Of a stretch of DNA of 64,000 nt, positions 1-12,905 are shown one piece after another. This DNA is from Octopus vulgaris. Taxonomy: Eukaryota. The notes beneath the pieces were generated by a model. That model saw only the letters and a program-made list of their open reading frames with translations, searched no databases and was not told the origin of the DNA. Position 1 is the first letter of the stretch; every line of letters begins with the position of its first letter. The stretch spans positions 3,906,001 through 3,970,000 of the forward strand of contig OX597814.1 in the NCBI GenBank assembly GCA_951406725.2, in the 5' to 3' direction. The position numbers were made by a program, and so were the translations under genes.

Positions 1-1
1 A

Positions 2-19
<18 letters not shown>

Positions 20-33
<14 letters not shown>

Positions 34-180
34 AAATGAAGAAAATGCTGACAAATAATTGAACAATAAGAAGTTTCAACAACACTATTTTCAACAACAG
101 AATTTTCGAAAATAGTGTTGTTGAAACTTCTTATTGTTCAATTATTTGTCAGCATTTTCTTCATTTCCTTTTTTATATAT
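20..180. repeat. Perfect inverted repeat, ~70-bp arms (20-92 / 108-180), next to (TA)n
   Basis: aaaaaaggaaatgaagaaaatgctgac...aacactattttc is matched by gaaaatagtgtt...gtcagcattttcttcatttcctttttt; 15-nt loop. Confidence 0.9.
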
Positions 181-209
181 CACCACTCGTGTTCGACATC
201 TCCTTTTTT

Positions 210-257
<48 letters not shown>

Positions 258-374
258 TACACACAGACACAGACACACACACACACATGGACATATATAT
301 ATATATAACGATGTCTAAATTTAGGAAAGTCCAAAAATGTTGAGGGAAAGTGAAGTCAATAACTGGATACAATT

Positions 375-530
375 ATTTCACCTATTTCATTGTTTTATGG
401 TTCCCGAATCGATGGCAGGGAAAGCCCACCTCGGTGATACTTGAACAGAAAACATAATGCCGAATTGCCGAATTAAATGCAAACAAGCACTTTCTCCGAC
501 GGGCAAACTTTTCCACCGACTCACTGCGTC
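375..530 (-). mobile_element. Highly degenerate copy of SINE family B
   Basis: Weak similarity to 15386-15613 (gatgaaaggcaaagtcgatctcgccggaatttgaac vs gatggcagggaaagcccacctcggtgatacttgaac). Confidence 0.45.
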
Positions 531-678
531 CGTTTCTTAACTCCATCGAGAATCGTGCCACTTAAATGCTGTAATAAAGTTTGGCACTTTTTTTTTTTAC
601 CTCACAGACAAATTCTATGGAGGATGGACGGATGGAAGTAAAATTATGCATCCTTAAAACTACTCATGTGGTTTAAGG

Positions 679-682
<4 letters not shown>

Positions 683-764
<82 letters not shown>

Positions 765-833
765 TACATATGTGTATATATGTATATATACATACATACA
801 TATATACATGTGTGCGTATACTTATGTACATTC

Positions 834-865
<32 letters not shown>

Positions 866-980
866 ACATTTGCGTACATTATATACACACACATATATTT
901 ACACACACTTATTTATGTATATATATATTATAGATATATAAATACTGACACACACACAACACATATATATAGCTAGTTAG

Positions 981-1011
<31 letters not shown>

Positions 1012-1018
1012 TGTATGT

Positions 1019-1097
<79 letters not shown>

Positions 1098-1293
1098 TGT
1101 ATATATATATAGATAGATAAATAGATAGATATGGAGAAGTAGTTAGGCTCGTGGATGTATAGATTCGCAGATAATGATGTATGTATAATGTGGTAACGTA
1201 AACAGACAAGTATGCCTGTGTGTATATACATGCATGCTTGCGAGCTGGTGTACGGCTGAGCACCTCTCCCCACATATATGTATCTATATAGAC

Positions 1294-1345
<52 letters not shown>

Positions 1346-1400
1346 ATGTATGTATGTATGTATGTATGCATGTATACCTACACACACACACACACACACA
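683..1400. repeat. Compound microsatellite field (TA, TG, TATG, GATA, CA)
   Basis: Directly visible; representative of dozens of similar tracts across the window. Confidence 0.95.
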
Positions 1401-2000
1401 TATATGTGTACGTAAGCATAAATACTCTATGAGTGCTTCTGAGCGCAGACGTGTGTGCGTGATGACACACAGACCACTTGACAGGCCACTGTATTTCGGC
1501 GAACAACGTGGCAAGTTGGATTACCGCTTCCTTTAACACCGTTGCCTTAAGAAATAACAGTTCCTGGGCTGGAATTTCTACGACAGAATATACAATACAA
1601 GAATATATTATAGATCAATATATTATTAGACATACACAGGTATATGTTCATACGTGTATGTGTGTGTGTTTGTGTGTGTGTGCGTGTCAATCTTCCCTTG
1701 TAGAAGTCCATTACTAATTGATTCCACTAAAAAGTATTGAGCAGTTTTTCAGTTTAACATTGAATATTAAATATCTTACAATATAACTTGATATAAAGAA
1801 ACGAACGTTATTACATAGACATACATACACACACATGCATGCGTATATATAATAAATGATATAACATAAGATAGATTGATAGATAGATAGATAAATTCAT
1901 AGATAGATAGATAGACAGAGAGATAGATGTGTGTATGTATGGACATATTTGTTAGAGTATGTGTTTAATATATAAATATATAAATATAAATATATATATG

Positions 2001-2055
<55 letters not shown>

Positions 2056-2230
2056 TTAGAGACAAAACCACTATATACTGTTGTGCTTGGGGAGAGACAT
2101 TCTCTTTTAGTGCTTTATTATTTAACGCATTCACCTACATATATATATATATATATATATTTTTTTTCTTTTTGGTAATGAGATAAAAACACCAAGGCTG
2201 TGTAGATTTTAGAACATTTATAGATAGAAG

Positions 2231-2278
2231 GTCTTACAGCTGTTTCCAGGATATTTATTATATCCCTTCATCGGAGAC
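2231..2278 (-). ncRNA. Type I hammerhead ribozyme fold (core variant CCGAUGA)
   Basis: Minus strand: GTCT-CCGATGA-a GGGATAT aataa ATATCCT g-GAAA-CAGCTG-TA-AGAC; helices I, II and palindromic III all pair. Confidence 0.65.
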
Positions 2279-2475
2279 GGTGTGAGAGGATAATTAAGTA
2301 ATAGTTAATTTAGATATGATACAAAATAGAGAGTGAGGTGGGGGGAAATTTTTTTTTTTATATACATCCGCTGACATACGATCAACGTTGAACCGCTTAA
2401 TCGCAAAATTTCGAACTTGGAACTTAACTATGGTCTATCCATAGCACTTAGTCAGCATTACCTGACACCTTTGGG

Positions 2476-2891
2476 TCACAATGGCTGCGTGGTAAGTAGC
2501 TTGCGAACCAACCACATGGTTCCGGGTTCAGTCCCACTGCGTGGCATCTTGAGCAAGTGTCTTCTACTATAGCCCCGGGCCGACCAATGCCTTGTGAGTG
2601 GATTTGGTAGACGGAAACTAAAAGAAGCCTGTCGTATATATGTATGTATATATATATATATATATATGTATGTGTATGTGTGTTTGTGTGTGTGTGTTTG
2701 TCCCCCTAGCATTGCTTGACAACCGATGCTGGTGTGTTTACGTCCCCGCCACTTAGCGGTTCGGCAAAAGAGACCGATAGAATAAGTACTGGGCTTACAA
2801 AGGATAAGGCCCGGGGTCGATTTGCTCGACTAAAGGCGGTGCTCCAGCATGGCCGCGGTCAAATGACTGAAACAAGTAAAAGAGTAAAGAG

Positions 2892-2892
<1 letters not shown>
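2476..2892 (+). mobile_element. tRNA-derived SINE family A (CORE-like), full length
   Basis: Box A tggctgcgtgg, box B ggttcagtccc, CORE-like gtggcatcttgagcaagt, internal TA/TG microsatellite, tail cagcatggccgcggtcaaatgactgaaacaagtaaaagag. Confidence 0.9.
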
Positions 2893-2923
<31 letters not shown>

Positions 2924-2942
2924 TGTATGTATGTATGTATAT

Positions 2943-3305
2943 AGGCGCAGGAGTGGCTGTGTGGTAAGTAGCTTGCTTCCCAACCACATGGTTCCGAGTT
3001 CATTCCTACTGCGTGGCACTATGGGTGTCTTCTACTATAGCCTAGGGCCGACCAAGACCTTGTGAGTGGAAACTGAAAGAAGCCCGTCGTATACATATAT
3101 ATGTATATATTTAGGCGTGTCTATGTCTTTGTGTGCCCCCCACGCAACACACGACGCTGGTGTGTTTATGTCCCCGTAACCTAGCGATTCGTCAAAAGAA
3201 CCAATAGAATAATTACGAGACTTACATAGAATAAGTCTTGGGGTCCATTTCTTCGAGTAAATCTCCTTTGAGTGGTCGCAGTCAAATGGCTTAACAGAAT
3301 GAAAG
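2943..3305 (+). mobile_element. SINE family A, full length with small deletions
   Basis: Starts ggcgcaggagtggctgtgtggtaagtagc; same body and tail as 2476-2892. Confidence 0.85.
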
Positions 3306-3343
3306 AATATATACATATATATATATACACACACAACACATAC

Positions 3344-3381
<38 letters not shown>

Positions 3382-3391
3382 CATATATATA

Positions 3392-3470
<79 letters not shown>

Positions 3471-3655
3471 GTGTGTGTATCTAGATAGATTTGTATATTC
3501 GGAACAGAATACTATATATACGCAGTTATACATATATGTATAAAGGCATGTGTATATATAGACATCTATCTGTATATGTTAGAATCCAACTAGCTAACTG
3601 TCTAATGTAATTCACACACATACATATATACATGCATACGTACATACGTGCACTC

Positions 3656-3718
<63 letters not shown>

Positions 3719-3763
3719 TATATACATATGTGCATTTGTGTGAGTGTGTCTGTGTGTATATGT

Positions 3764-3825
<62 letters not shown>

Positions 3826-4095
3826 GCACACACATGCACATGCACGTACCCTGAATGATTGGGTGTTGGGGAAAATATGTTACTCGCAACCTTCCCTCGA
3901 ACGTCAGAAACTACTGTATACACCTTATATTCTACACACGGTTATGTAAAATCTATTGTTTTATTAATCACGGAATACAAATGTATATAATGAACTATAA
4001 AGAAAATTATGCTTCCAGATCTTAAGTACTTACTTATTAATGTATCCGTGTATGTTTATAAATAATTCTTGTCATTATATATATTATGTGTGTAC

Positions 4096-4220
<125 letters not shown>

Positions 4221-4249
4221 TATATTCATGTAAATATACATATATGTAT

Positions 4250-4443
4250 ATGTTTGTGTGTCTGTGTTTGTACCTTGACAACCGATGATGGTGTGTTTAA
4301 GTCCCCGTAACTTAGTGGTTCGGCAAAAGATACCGATAGAATAAGTATTACGCTTACAAAGAATAATTCCTTGGGTCGATTTGTTCGACTAAAGACGGTG
4401 CTCCATCATAGCCGCAGTCAAATGACTGAAACAAGTAAAAGAA
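4250..4443 (+). mobile_element. SINE family A, 3' half
   Basis: cttgacaaccgatgatggtgtg...gactgaaacaagtaaaagaa. Confidence 0.85.
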
Positions 4444-4479
4444 TATATATATACATATATATATATACATAAATATATA

Positions 4480-4529
<50 letters not shown>

Positions 4530-4661
4530 TATACATACAAAAATATATAGATATATACGTATATGCATACATAAATATATATACATATATATTTTTTTTG
4601 TTTATATATTTCTGAACATGCATATATATTAAATGAACGTGTGTATATATATATATGTATG

Positions 4662-4728
<67 letters not shown>

Positions 4729-4785
4729 AAACAAGTCAAAATAGAAAATGCTAAAATAATTTTATAAAGAACATTTCAGTACCGG

Positions 4786-4856
<71 letters not shown>

Positions 4857-4857
<1 letters not shown>

Positions 4858-5050
4858 CTTTTATTCCTTTACTTGCTTCAGTCATTTGACTGCAGCCATG
4901 CTGGTGCACCGCCTTTAGTCGAGCAAATCGACCACAGGACTTTTTCTCTGTAAGCCTAGAACGTATTCTATCGGTGTGTTTTGCCGAACTGCTAGGTTAC
5001 GGGGACGTAAACGTACCAGCATCGGTTGTTAAGCGATGGTGGAAGAACAA
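4857..5050 (-). mobile_element. SINE family A, 3' half
   Basis: Reverse complement of family A tail (cagtcatttgactgcagccatgctgg...). Confidence 0.85.
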
Positions 5051-5063
5051 ACACACAAACACA

Positions 5064-5128
<65 letters not shown>

Positions 5129-5550
5129 TAAATTAATAATTATATACAAATGTATATTTATATTAAGGGAACAAGAGCAGAAAACCAAGGAAAAAAGCCT
5201 GTTTTTATGGCTTTAATCCAGAATTTGGACCCAATTCACAATTAACGTGAAATCTTTTTAATATTTTCTTCACTCGCCCGACTACAATCCGTGTATATTT
5301 TGGAGTTTTTCGGTTGTACCTGAGTGCCTCGGAGCTTTCAGGCATGTTGGAGATGGGTCGTTTTTCGCCCTCGCTCCCTTGATATTATATATATATATAT
5401 ATTAATCAGCCGAAATTGCTAAGATGATCCGGTTCCCGACTGAAGATTAGAGGCTTCGAATGACCCGTCTGTTTTTTGGTGCCGTCTCTTTGTGTGTTTT
5501 TGCGTTCTTGTCCTAATTTATATTTAATTTCTATACATATATATATATAT

Positions 5551-5645
<95 letters not shown>

Positions 5646-5942
5646 TATAGATAGATAGATAGATAGATATGAAATTATTTATTTAATGTATAAGTTACCT
5701 ACAAATTTTTATTATATGCTGACTACCTGATAAAAATCTTTAACGTGATTTTATCCTTATATATATATATATATGCCTGTTTTTATGTAAGTTGTAAATA
5801 AAAACTATTTTACATTAATCTGAAAAGTTAATCCGTTATTTCGTAGAGTACAAATAAAGTATTCTTATGAAAAGTCGTTTCGAAGTTTGCTTTAACTGGC
5901 CGAAATTTGAACGTAACTGTCAGCATCATTCTTGTTTAAAGA

Positions 5943-6049
<107 letters not shown>

Positions 6050-6096
6050 CATACATACATACATACATACATACATACATACATACATACATAGAT

Positions 6097-6520
6097 AAGT
6101 TTCTTTATTGGCCACACAGGGCTGCACACAGATGGGACAAGTTACAAGGTAGAGCTTTTCTTTTGGGGGAGAAAAAAAAAGGTAGCGTACGTTTTCGATC
6201 AAAAGGGTTCGTAAAAGGGAAAAAAGAACAAAAAAAGAAAAAAGAAAACAAGGAAAAGAAAAAAAAAAGAAAAAAAAAGAAAAGAAAAATGAAAAAAGAA
6301 GAAAAAAGAGGAAAAAGGGGGAGAGGAAAAAAACGATCAATAGGGATCGTGTATCACAGTGTCATGATGTATGGTGTAAAGGGGAAAGCAAGTAAGGTTT
6401 ATCCGTGGGAAGAAAAGCCTACGAAAAAGACCACGGTAACCTTGGTCAATATTGTTATATGTTACCACATTTGTTTGCAAGTGGGTAACCCTCTGTTTTC
6501 AATTTCTGGGTTCATTTCTG
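6097..6520 (-). mobile_element. 5'-truncated 3'UTR of a Tx1-like LINE, inside GATA/CATA arrays
   Basis: Near-identical reverse complement of 18926-19388 (cagaaattgaaaacagagggttacccacttgc...ccctgtgtggccaataaagaaact). Confidence 0.85.
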
Positions 6521-6674
<154 letters not shown>

Positions 6675-7171
6675 CACACACACACACACACGCACGCATA
6701 AACACAGAGTTTGCGATGCAAAACTTTGTAAACTTGTGCTTGCTCGTGTTTTCTGTAGATGTCCGAACTGCTATCAGCTGGAACCAAATACATGATGGAA
6801 CCAAAATACCTCCGGCCAGAATTTTTTAATTTCATGTTTCAGTTTTTGTCCTGATCGGTTTCGATCTTGTCTTTTTCTGCTGTCCATAGCCTCATTTCTG
6901 CTCCCTGTTACATTGTAAATAACTTTATACGCTCTGCCTCTGCATGACCACACTGTATTGCCTGTCTCTAAACAGATGCTTGTACAACAAACAAGCATGA
7001 CTCTACGGTTGTTCCCCATCCCAGCTTGACAACCGGCGTTGATGTGTTAATGTACTCGTTATCAAGTGGTTCGTCAAAAGTCACCGATAAAATATGTGCT
7101 AGTGAAAGTTCTGAGGTTTTAGTCATTAGACTGTGCTTGGCCGCTGTCTAACGACTAAAACAAGTAAATGA

Positions 7172-7220
<49 letters not shown>

Positions 7221-7488
7221 TATATGTTCCTGTTGAAGAGCGTAGGCACGAAACGTAAAAGACTTTCTCACCTTCCCTGCTTGTTGTTTATACACCCGTG
7301 TTCGTCTTTTGTTGTTCCGTAAATATGTATGTGTATATATATATACAGTTTGATTTGAAACTCCCACTATAATAGGAGAAAGCGCTAATACATGATCTAA
7401 GTTATATGATGTATAAAGACATGTAATATACAAATAAATATCTGTAAATATAAAACCATCCGATTTTCTGAGTACCTCATTTCTTCTA

Positions 7489-7567
<79 letters not shown>

Positions 7568-7605
7568 TGTATGTATGTATGTATGTATGTATGTTTTTAT
7601 GTATG

Positions 7606-7761
7606 TTACAGCCGGCTATTACCGGTAAAGGTTTTAGTTGCCAATTCTGTACAAGACACTGTAGATCTTTAGCTGGGCTAAAAAGTCACATTCGATCACA
7701 GCACCAGTAACAGTTAAACTTCGTGCAATGGCTATACTCGATAACGAGGGGGCAGCCATAT
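7606..7761 (+). mobile_element. 3' end of an RTE-like LINE (terminal C2H2-type finger plus short 3'UTR)
   Basis: 7606-7710 reads LQPAITGKGFSCQFCTRHCRSLAGLKSHIRSQHQ*, matching the CxxCxRxCxSxxGLxSHxR end of RTE ORFs; 3'UTR stem tggct...agcca; (TATG)n on both sides. Confidence 0.65.
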
Positions 7762-8079
7762 TGTATGTATGTATGTATGTATGTATGTATGTATGTATGT
7801 ATGTATGTAGATTTGTATGCTTTGCCTTATGTATGTATTCTCATGCGTATAGTTGCATGTCTAGACATGCTCATATATATTTAAAAGATAAACTTCTGGA
7901 AAGTTTTACAGATCTTTACAGTTCCAGTGATGGATTGGATCTGTAGTCTTCGAATCAGCTTTCTCCTTTCTGGTTTTGAGAAGCCTAACTCCTTTAGCTT
8001 GGTACTTAGGCAGTGTGTTACATATACCACTACCCCAATAATTACTGGTATGTATGTATATACGTTTATATATCTTTGA

Positions 8080-8460
8080 TTGTTAATTATTTGTACCAGT
8101 AATTAGACTACCTTTTAAGGATTCAGTCATACTATTCAGCTCTAGCACGTACAATTACAACCTGGTATTTATTCTATCGCTCTCTTTTTACCGAACCGCT
8201 AATGCTACGGAGACATAAGCGAACCAACACCGGCTGTCAAGCGGCTTTCAGGGAACAAAAACAAACTCAAAGACACTCACACATAGATATATACATACAT
8301 ATACATACGACGGGCTTCGTTTAGTTTCTGTCCACCAAATCCACACAAGGTTTTGGTCGGATCGAATGTTATAGTAGAAGGCACTTGCCCAAACTACCAC
8401 GCAGTGGGACTGAACCTGGAACCATGTGGTTGGTAAACAAACGTTTTATCACACAGCCAC
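8080..8460 (-). mobile_element. SINE family A, diverged
   Basis: ccacgcagtgggactgaacctggaaccatgtggttgg head plus degenerate tail. Confidence 0.8.
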
Positions 8461-8531
8461 GTCATGTATCGGTAGATGAATAGAGAGTGGGGGAGGGAGA
8501 GACAGATTATATATTATTTATATACATCTAA

Positions 8532-8577
<46 letters not shown>

Positions 8578-8738
8578 ACACGTATTGAGTCGAACCAGGG
8601 GCAGCTGATGAAGGGGAATTTTCCTTGTGTTGTTTGTCCTGTACTCTGTTTTTTCGTTGTTAAAAAAAGTCCGTTTCCTTGTTTGGTTTTATGTTTTCGT
8701 TTCTCGTTGTGTTCTACGTTTATTTGTGGTGTCCTGTA

Positions 8739-8790
<52 letters not shown>

Positions 8791-9739
8791 GATGTAAGTA
8801 TGTACATATATGTTTGTATATATGCATATGTTTTTTTATTTATTATATTGTTATTACATACATACATACATACATATTTTTGCTCACCTTTATACACACC
8901 TGAGTGTTTAAATAGACACACACGTACACACAAGCACACACACAAACACACACACACACACACAGAAACACACATACATTAATCACACACACACATGAGA
9001 GAGAGAGAGAGAGAGATTGAGTGTGTGTGTGTGCGCACGTATGTCTGTTTGATATTGTTTTACGCTACATTTTGTTGGTGTCACTGTAAACGTGTGTGCG
9101 ATGTTTATTTACATGCACACACACACACACACACACACAAACTCACAAAAGTACACACACACACACACACACATAAACATACGCACCCAGGCCCCAAACT
9201 AGACGCACACACATACACACTTTGAATCAGCGAGTTACGCACACACAGACACACACATGTGGGTGTGCTTCTCCGGCGGCGCAATTCACCGAACACATGG
9301 AATACAGACGGAGCCGTGTATGCGTGTGTGCATCTAGCAGACTGTATGTATATATCTGTAGGGGCGTAATATATGTATCCGTCTATGTGATCCCCCCTCC
9401 ACCGCCACGGCCACCACCACCAAAAGCCCGCTAAGTCCCTGTTTTAATAAATATATCGTATCAAGCTGAAGACTCTCTTCCTAATGAAATAACAAGCATG
9501 GTGCGCGACAAAGCCGCGACTTAAGATGCGACTCTAATTAGTTTAGTCAATTTAAGAGGGATTAAGGGCCACCAGGGATGATGGGTAGGGGGGCAATGGG
9601 GATGGGGTTTATTTAGAAGATCCTTACTGTCTCTGTCTGGGGTGGGGTGTGGCTCTTTCCATTCACTTTCTTTGTGTTTTGTTTGTTTGTGACACACACA
9701 TACACACGCACACACAAAAACATATACGTATGTATATAT

Positions 9740-9915
9740 ATTCTTTCTATTACTTGTTTCAGTATTTGACTGCGGCCATGCTGGAGCACCGCCTTCAGTC
9801 GAACGAATCGACCCCAGGGTATATTCTTTGTAAGTCTAGTACTTATTCTATCGGGTTCTGTTGCAGAACTGCAAAGTTACGTCGACGTAAACACACCAAC
9901 AACGTTTGTCAAGCT
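9740..9915 (-). mobile_element. SINE family A, 3' half
   Basis: tacttgtttcagtatttgactgcggccatgctggagcaccgcc. Confidence 0.8.
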
Positions 9916-9953
9916 AATGAAAGGATGTCACACACAGATACACAAATATGTAC

Positions 9954-10017
<64 letters not shown>

Positions 10018-10082
10018 ATATATGTATTATATATATATATATATTCGTCCTTACTATAAATATATATATATTATACATATAC

Positions 10083-10128
<46 letters not shown>

Positions 10129-10221
10129 CATATATATATATACATACATATATATATATATATATTATACATATACATTTATATGTATATATACATACAT
10201 ACATACATATTACTCTTTTCT

Positions 10222-10620
10222 CTCTTTTACTCTTTTACTTGTTTCAGTCATATGACTACGGCCATGCTGGAGGACCGCCTTTAGTCGAGCAAATCGACCC
10301 CAGGACATATTCTTTGTAAGCCTAGTACTTATTGTATTAGTCGCTTTTGCCGAACCGCTAAGTGACGGGGACGTAAACACACCAGCATCGGTTGTCAAGC
10401 GATGTTTGGGGGTACAAACAGAGACATACAAACACATATACATATATATATAAATACATATATACAACAGGCTTCTTTCAGTTTCCGTCTACCAAATCCA
10501 CCCACAAGGCTTTGTTTGGCCCGAGGCTATAGTAGAAGACACTTGCGCAAGGTGCCACGCAGTGGAACTGAACCCGGAACCATGTGGTTTGTAAGCAAGC
10601 TGCTCTCACACAGCCACTCC
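10222..10620 (-). mobile_element. SINE family A, full length
   Basis: Complete reverse complement of the 2476-2892 layout. Confidence 0.9.
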
Positions 10621-10902
10621 ATATTATATATATATATATATATATAAATATATATATATATAAATATATAAATATATACATATATATAAATATATACATA
10701 AAATTAGGTACAATAAATTCAGGGTGAATACTTGATAAATGTAAGCACCTGTATATGCCAGCTAGTGGTATAGGTGATAGGATATATGTATCAAAAGAAA
10801 AACAGGACGCAAAGGATTTAGCGGTACATATGTTTCGGGCTCTATTGAACAACTTATTCTTATATCAATGCATAATTGATATAACAGATAGATCAAAAGC
10901 CT

Positions 10903-11437
10903 TATGTATGTATGTATGTATGTATGTATGTATGTATGTATGTATGTATGTATGTATGTATGCATGTATGTATGCATGTATGTATGTGTGTATGTATGTA
11001 TGTGTGTGTGTATGTATGTGTATGTATGTATGTATGTGTGTGTATGTATGTATGTATGTATGTATGTATGTATGTATGTATGTATGTATGTATGTATGTG
11101 TGTATGTATGTATGTATGTATGTATGTATGTATGTATGTATGTATGTATGTATGTATGTATGTATGTATGTATGTATGTATGTATGCATGCATGCATGTA
11201 TGTATGCATGTATGTATGTATGTGTGTGTGTATGTGTGTATGTACGTATGTATGTATGTGTTTATGTACGTATGTATGTATGTGTGTATGTATGTATGTA
11301 TGTATGTATGTATGTATGTATGTATGTATGTATGTATGTATGTATGTATGTATGTATGTATGTATGTATGTATGTATGTATTATGTACGTATGTATGTAT
11401 GTATGTATGTATGTATGTGTGTATGTATGTATGCATG
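10903..11437. repeat. Long (TATG)n tetranucleotide array
   Basis: ~530 bp of TATG with TGTG/CATG variants. Confidence 0.95.
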
Positions 11438-11639
11438 TAGTCAAATCAAAAATGAAAATAAACAAATGTCGGAAGAACGCGCGCAGCAAATAAGTTAGGT
11501 TGTCTCTCAGTTTAAGATGGAATAAAGAGGTGAGGGGTGCAACGTTCGGGGAATGGCTCCTTATCGGAAAAATAAGCGACGAAAGGTCCGGGGAGAGGGA
11601 AAAGAATAGTCCAAGAAAAGCACTTGTGTTGTTACATGG

Positions 11640-11990
11640 CAGAGGGCGGCGGCCGGTGAGGTTAGAAGTTTGCTTCCAAACTGAAGGGTTTGGAGTTCAG
11701 TCCCACCGCGCGGCGCCTTAGACAAGTGCCTTTTATTATAGCCTTGGAGCGACCACGGCTTTGTGAGTGAATTAAGTACACGGAAACTGAAAGAAGCTTG
11801 TCATATATATTTATATGTAAATTTCATCTATATATATATAGTACGGGGAGTGTATATATAAGTACAGAGGTCGACTCGTTCGACTGAAATTCTTCAAGTT
11901 GTGCTCCAGCATGACTGTACTCTAATAATTGTAACAAGTAAAATGTAAAATACACACACAAATGACAGAAACAGATAAAAGAATATATGT
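11640..11990 (+). mobile_element. SINE family A, degenerate head and tail
   Basis: ggagttcagtcccaccgcgcggcgccttagacaagtg...ggaaactgaaagaagc; tail gtcgactcgttcgactgaaattcttcaag. Confidence 0.7.
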
Positions 11991-12006
11991 ATGTATCTAC
12001 ATATAC

Positions 12007-12086
<80 letters not shown>

Positions 12087-12905
12087 TATACATGTTATGT
12101 GAAATACGTGGTTGGTTGTAGATAAAGACAAAATAGAGATAAAAAACTCTCTGAGATGACCTCAATATTATGTAAATAAGAAACTTATCTGAAAATAATA
12201 AGTGACAAATTCAATAAATAAAACTCTGAGTTTCGGAATAATTCTCACAAAACAATGTCACTACACAATATATTTATAACATTTTATATATATATAACGA
12301 TTTAAATATATTCTTTAACCATATATACATAAACCTATCTGTGTTTTTTTCACTCTATTTGTATATTTTATATACACACACACACATATATATATATAAT
12401 ATATAATATAATATAATATAATATAATATAATTATAATATAATATATAATATATATATAATATAATATAATATATAATAATAATATGTATATATATATAT
12501 GTACATACTTACACCTATACAATATATATTATATATCGGGTGAGAGAGCTGTTATGTGAACACGTGGTTGGATGTAGAAAAGACAAAATAAGTGAAAAAA
12601 CTCTCTGAGATGACACGATGTAGATAAAGAAACTTACGGAGCTTGAAGAAATACAAAACCAGTTATTTCTCCAAAACAATCTCACTACACAAAATTTTAT
12701 AACATTTTCTAACATAATGATTTAAATATATTCTTTAACCATATAACAGAAATCTTCTGTGTTTTTTCACTTTTTTGCCATATATATATATATAATATAT
12801 AATATAATATAATATAATATAATTATAATATAATATAATATAATTATAATATAATATAATATAATATAATATAATATAATATAATATAATATAAATAATA
12901 TGTAT

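Noticed and set aside
5430-5475. CTGAAGA...CGAA motif in a TA-flanked segment
   Set aside because: GAAA is incomplete and I could not pair the helices.
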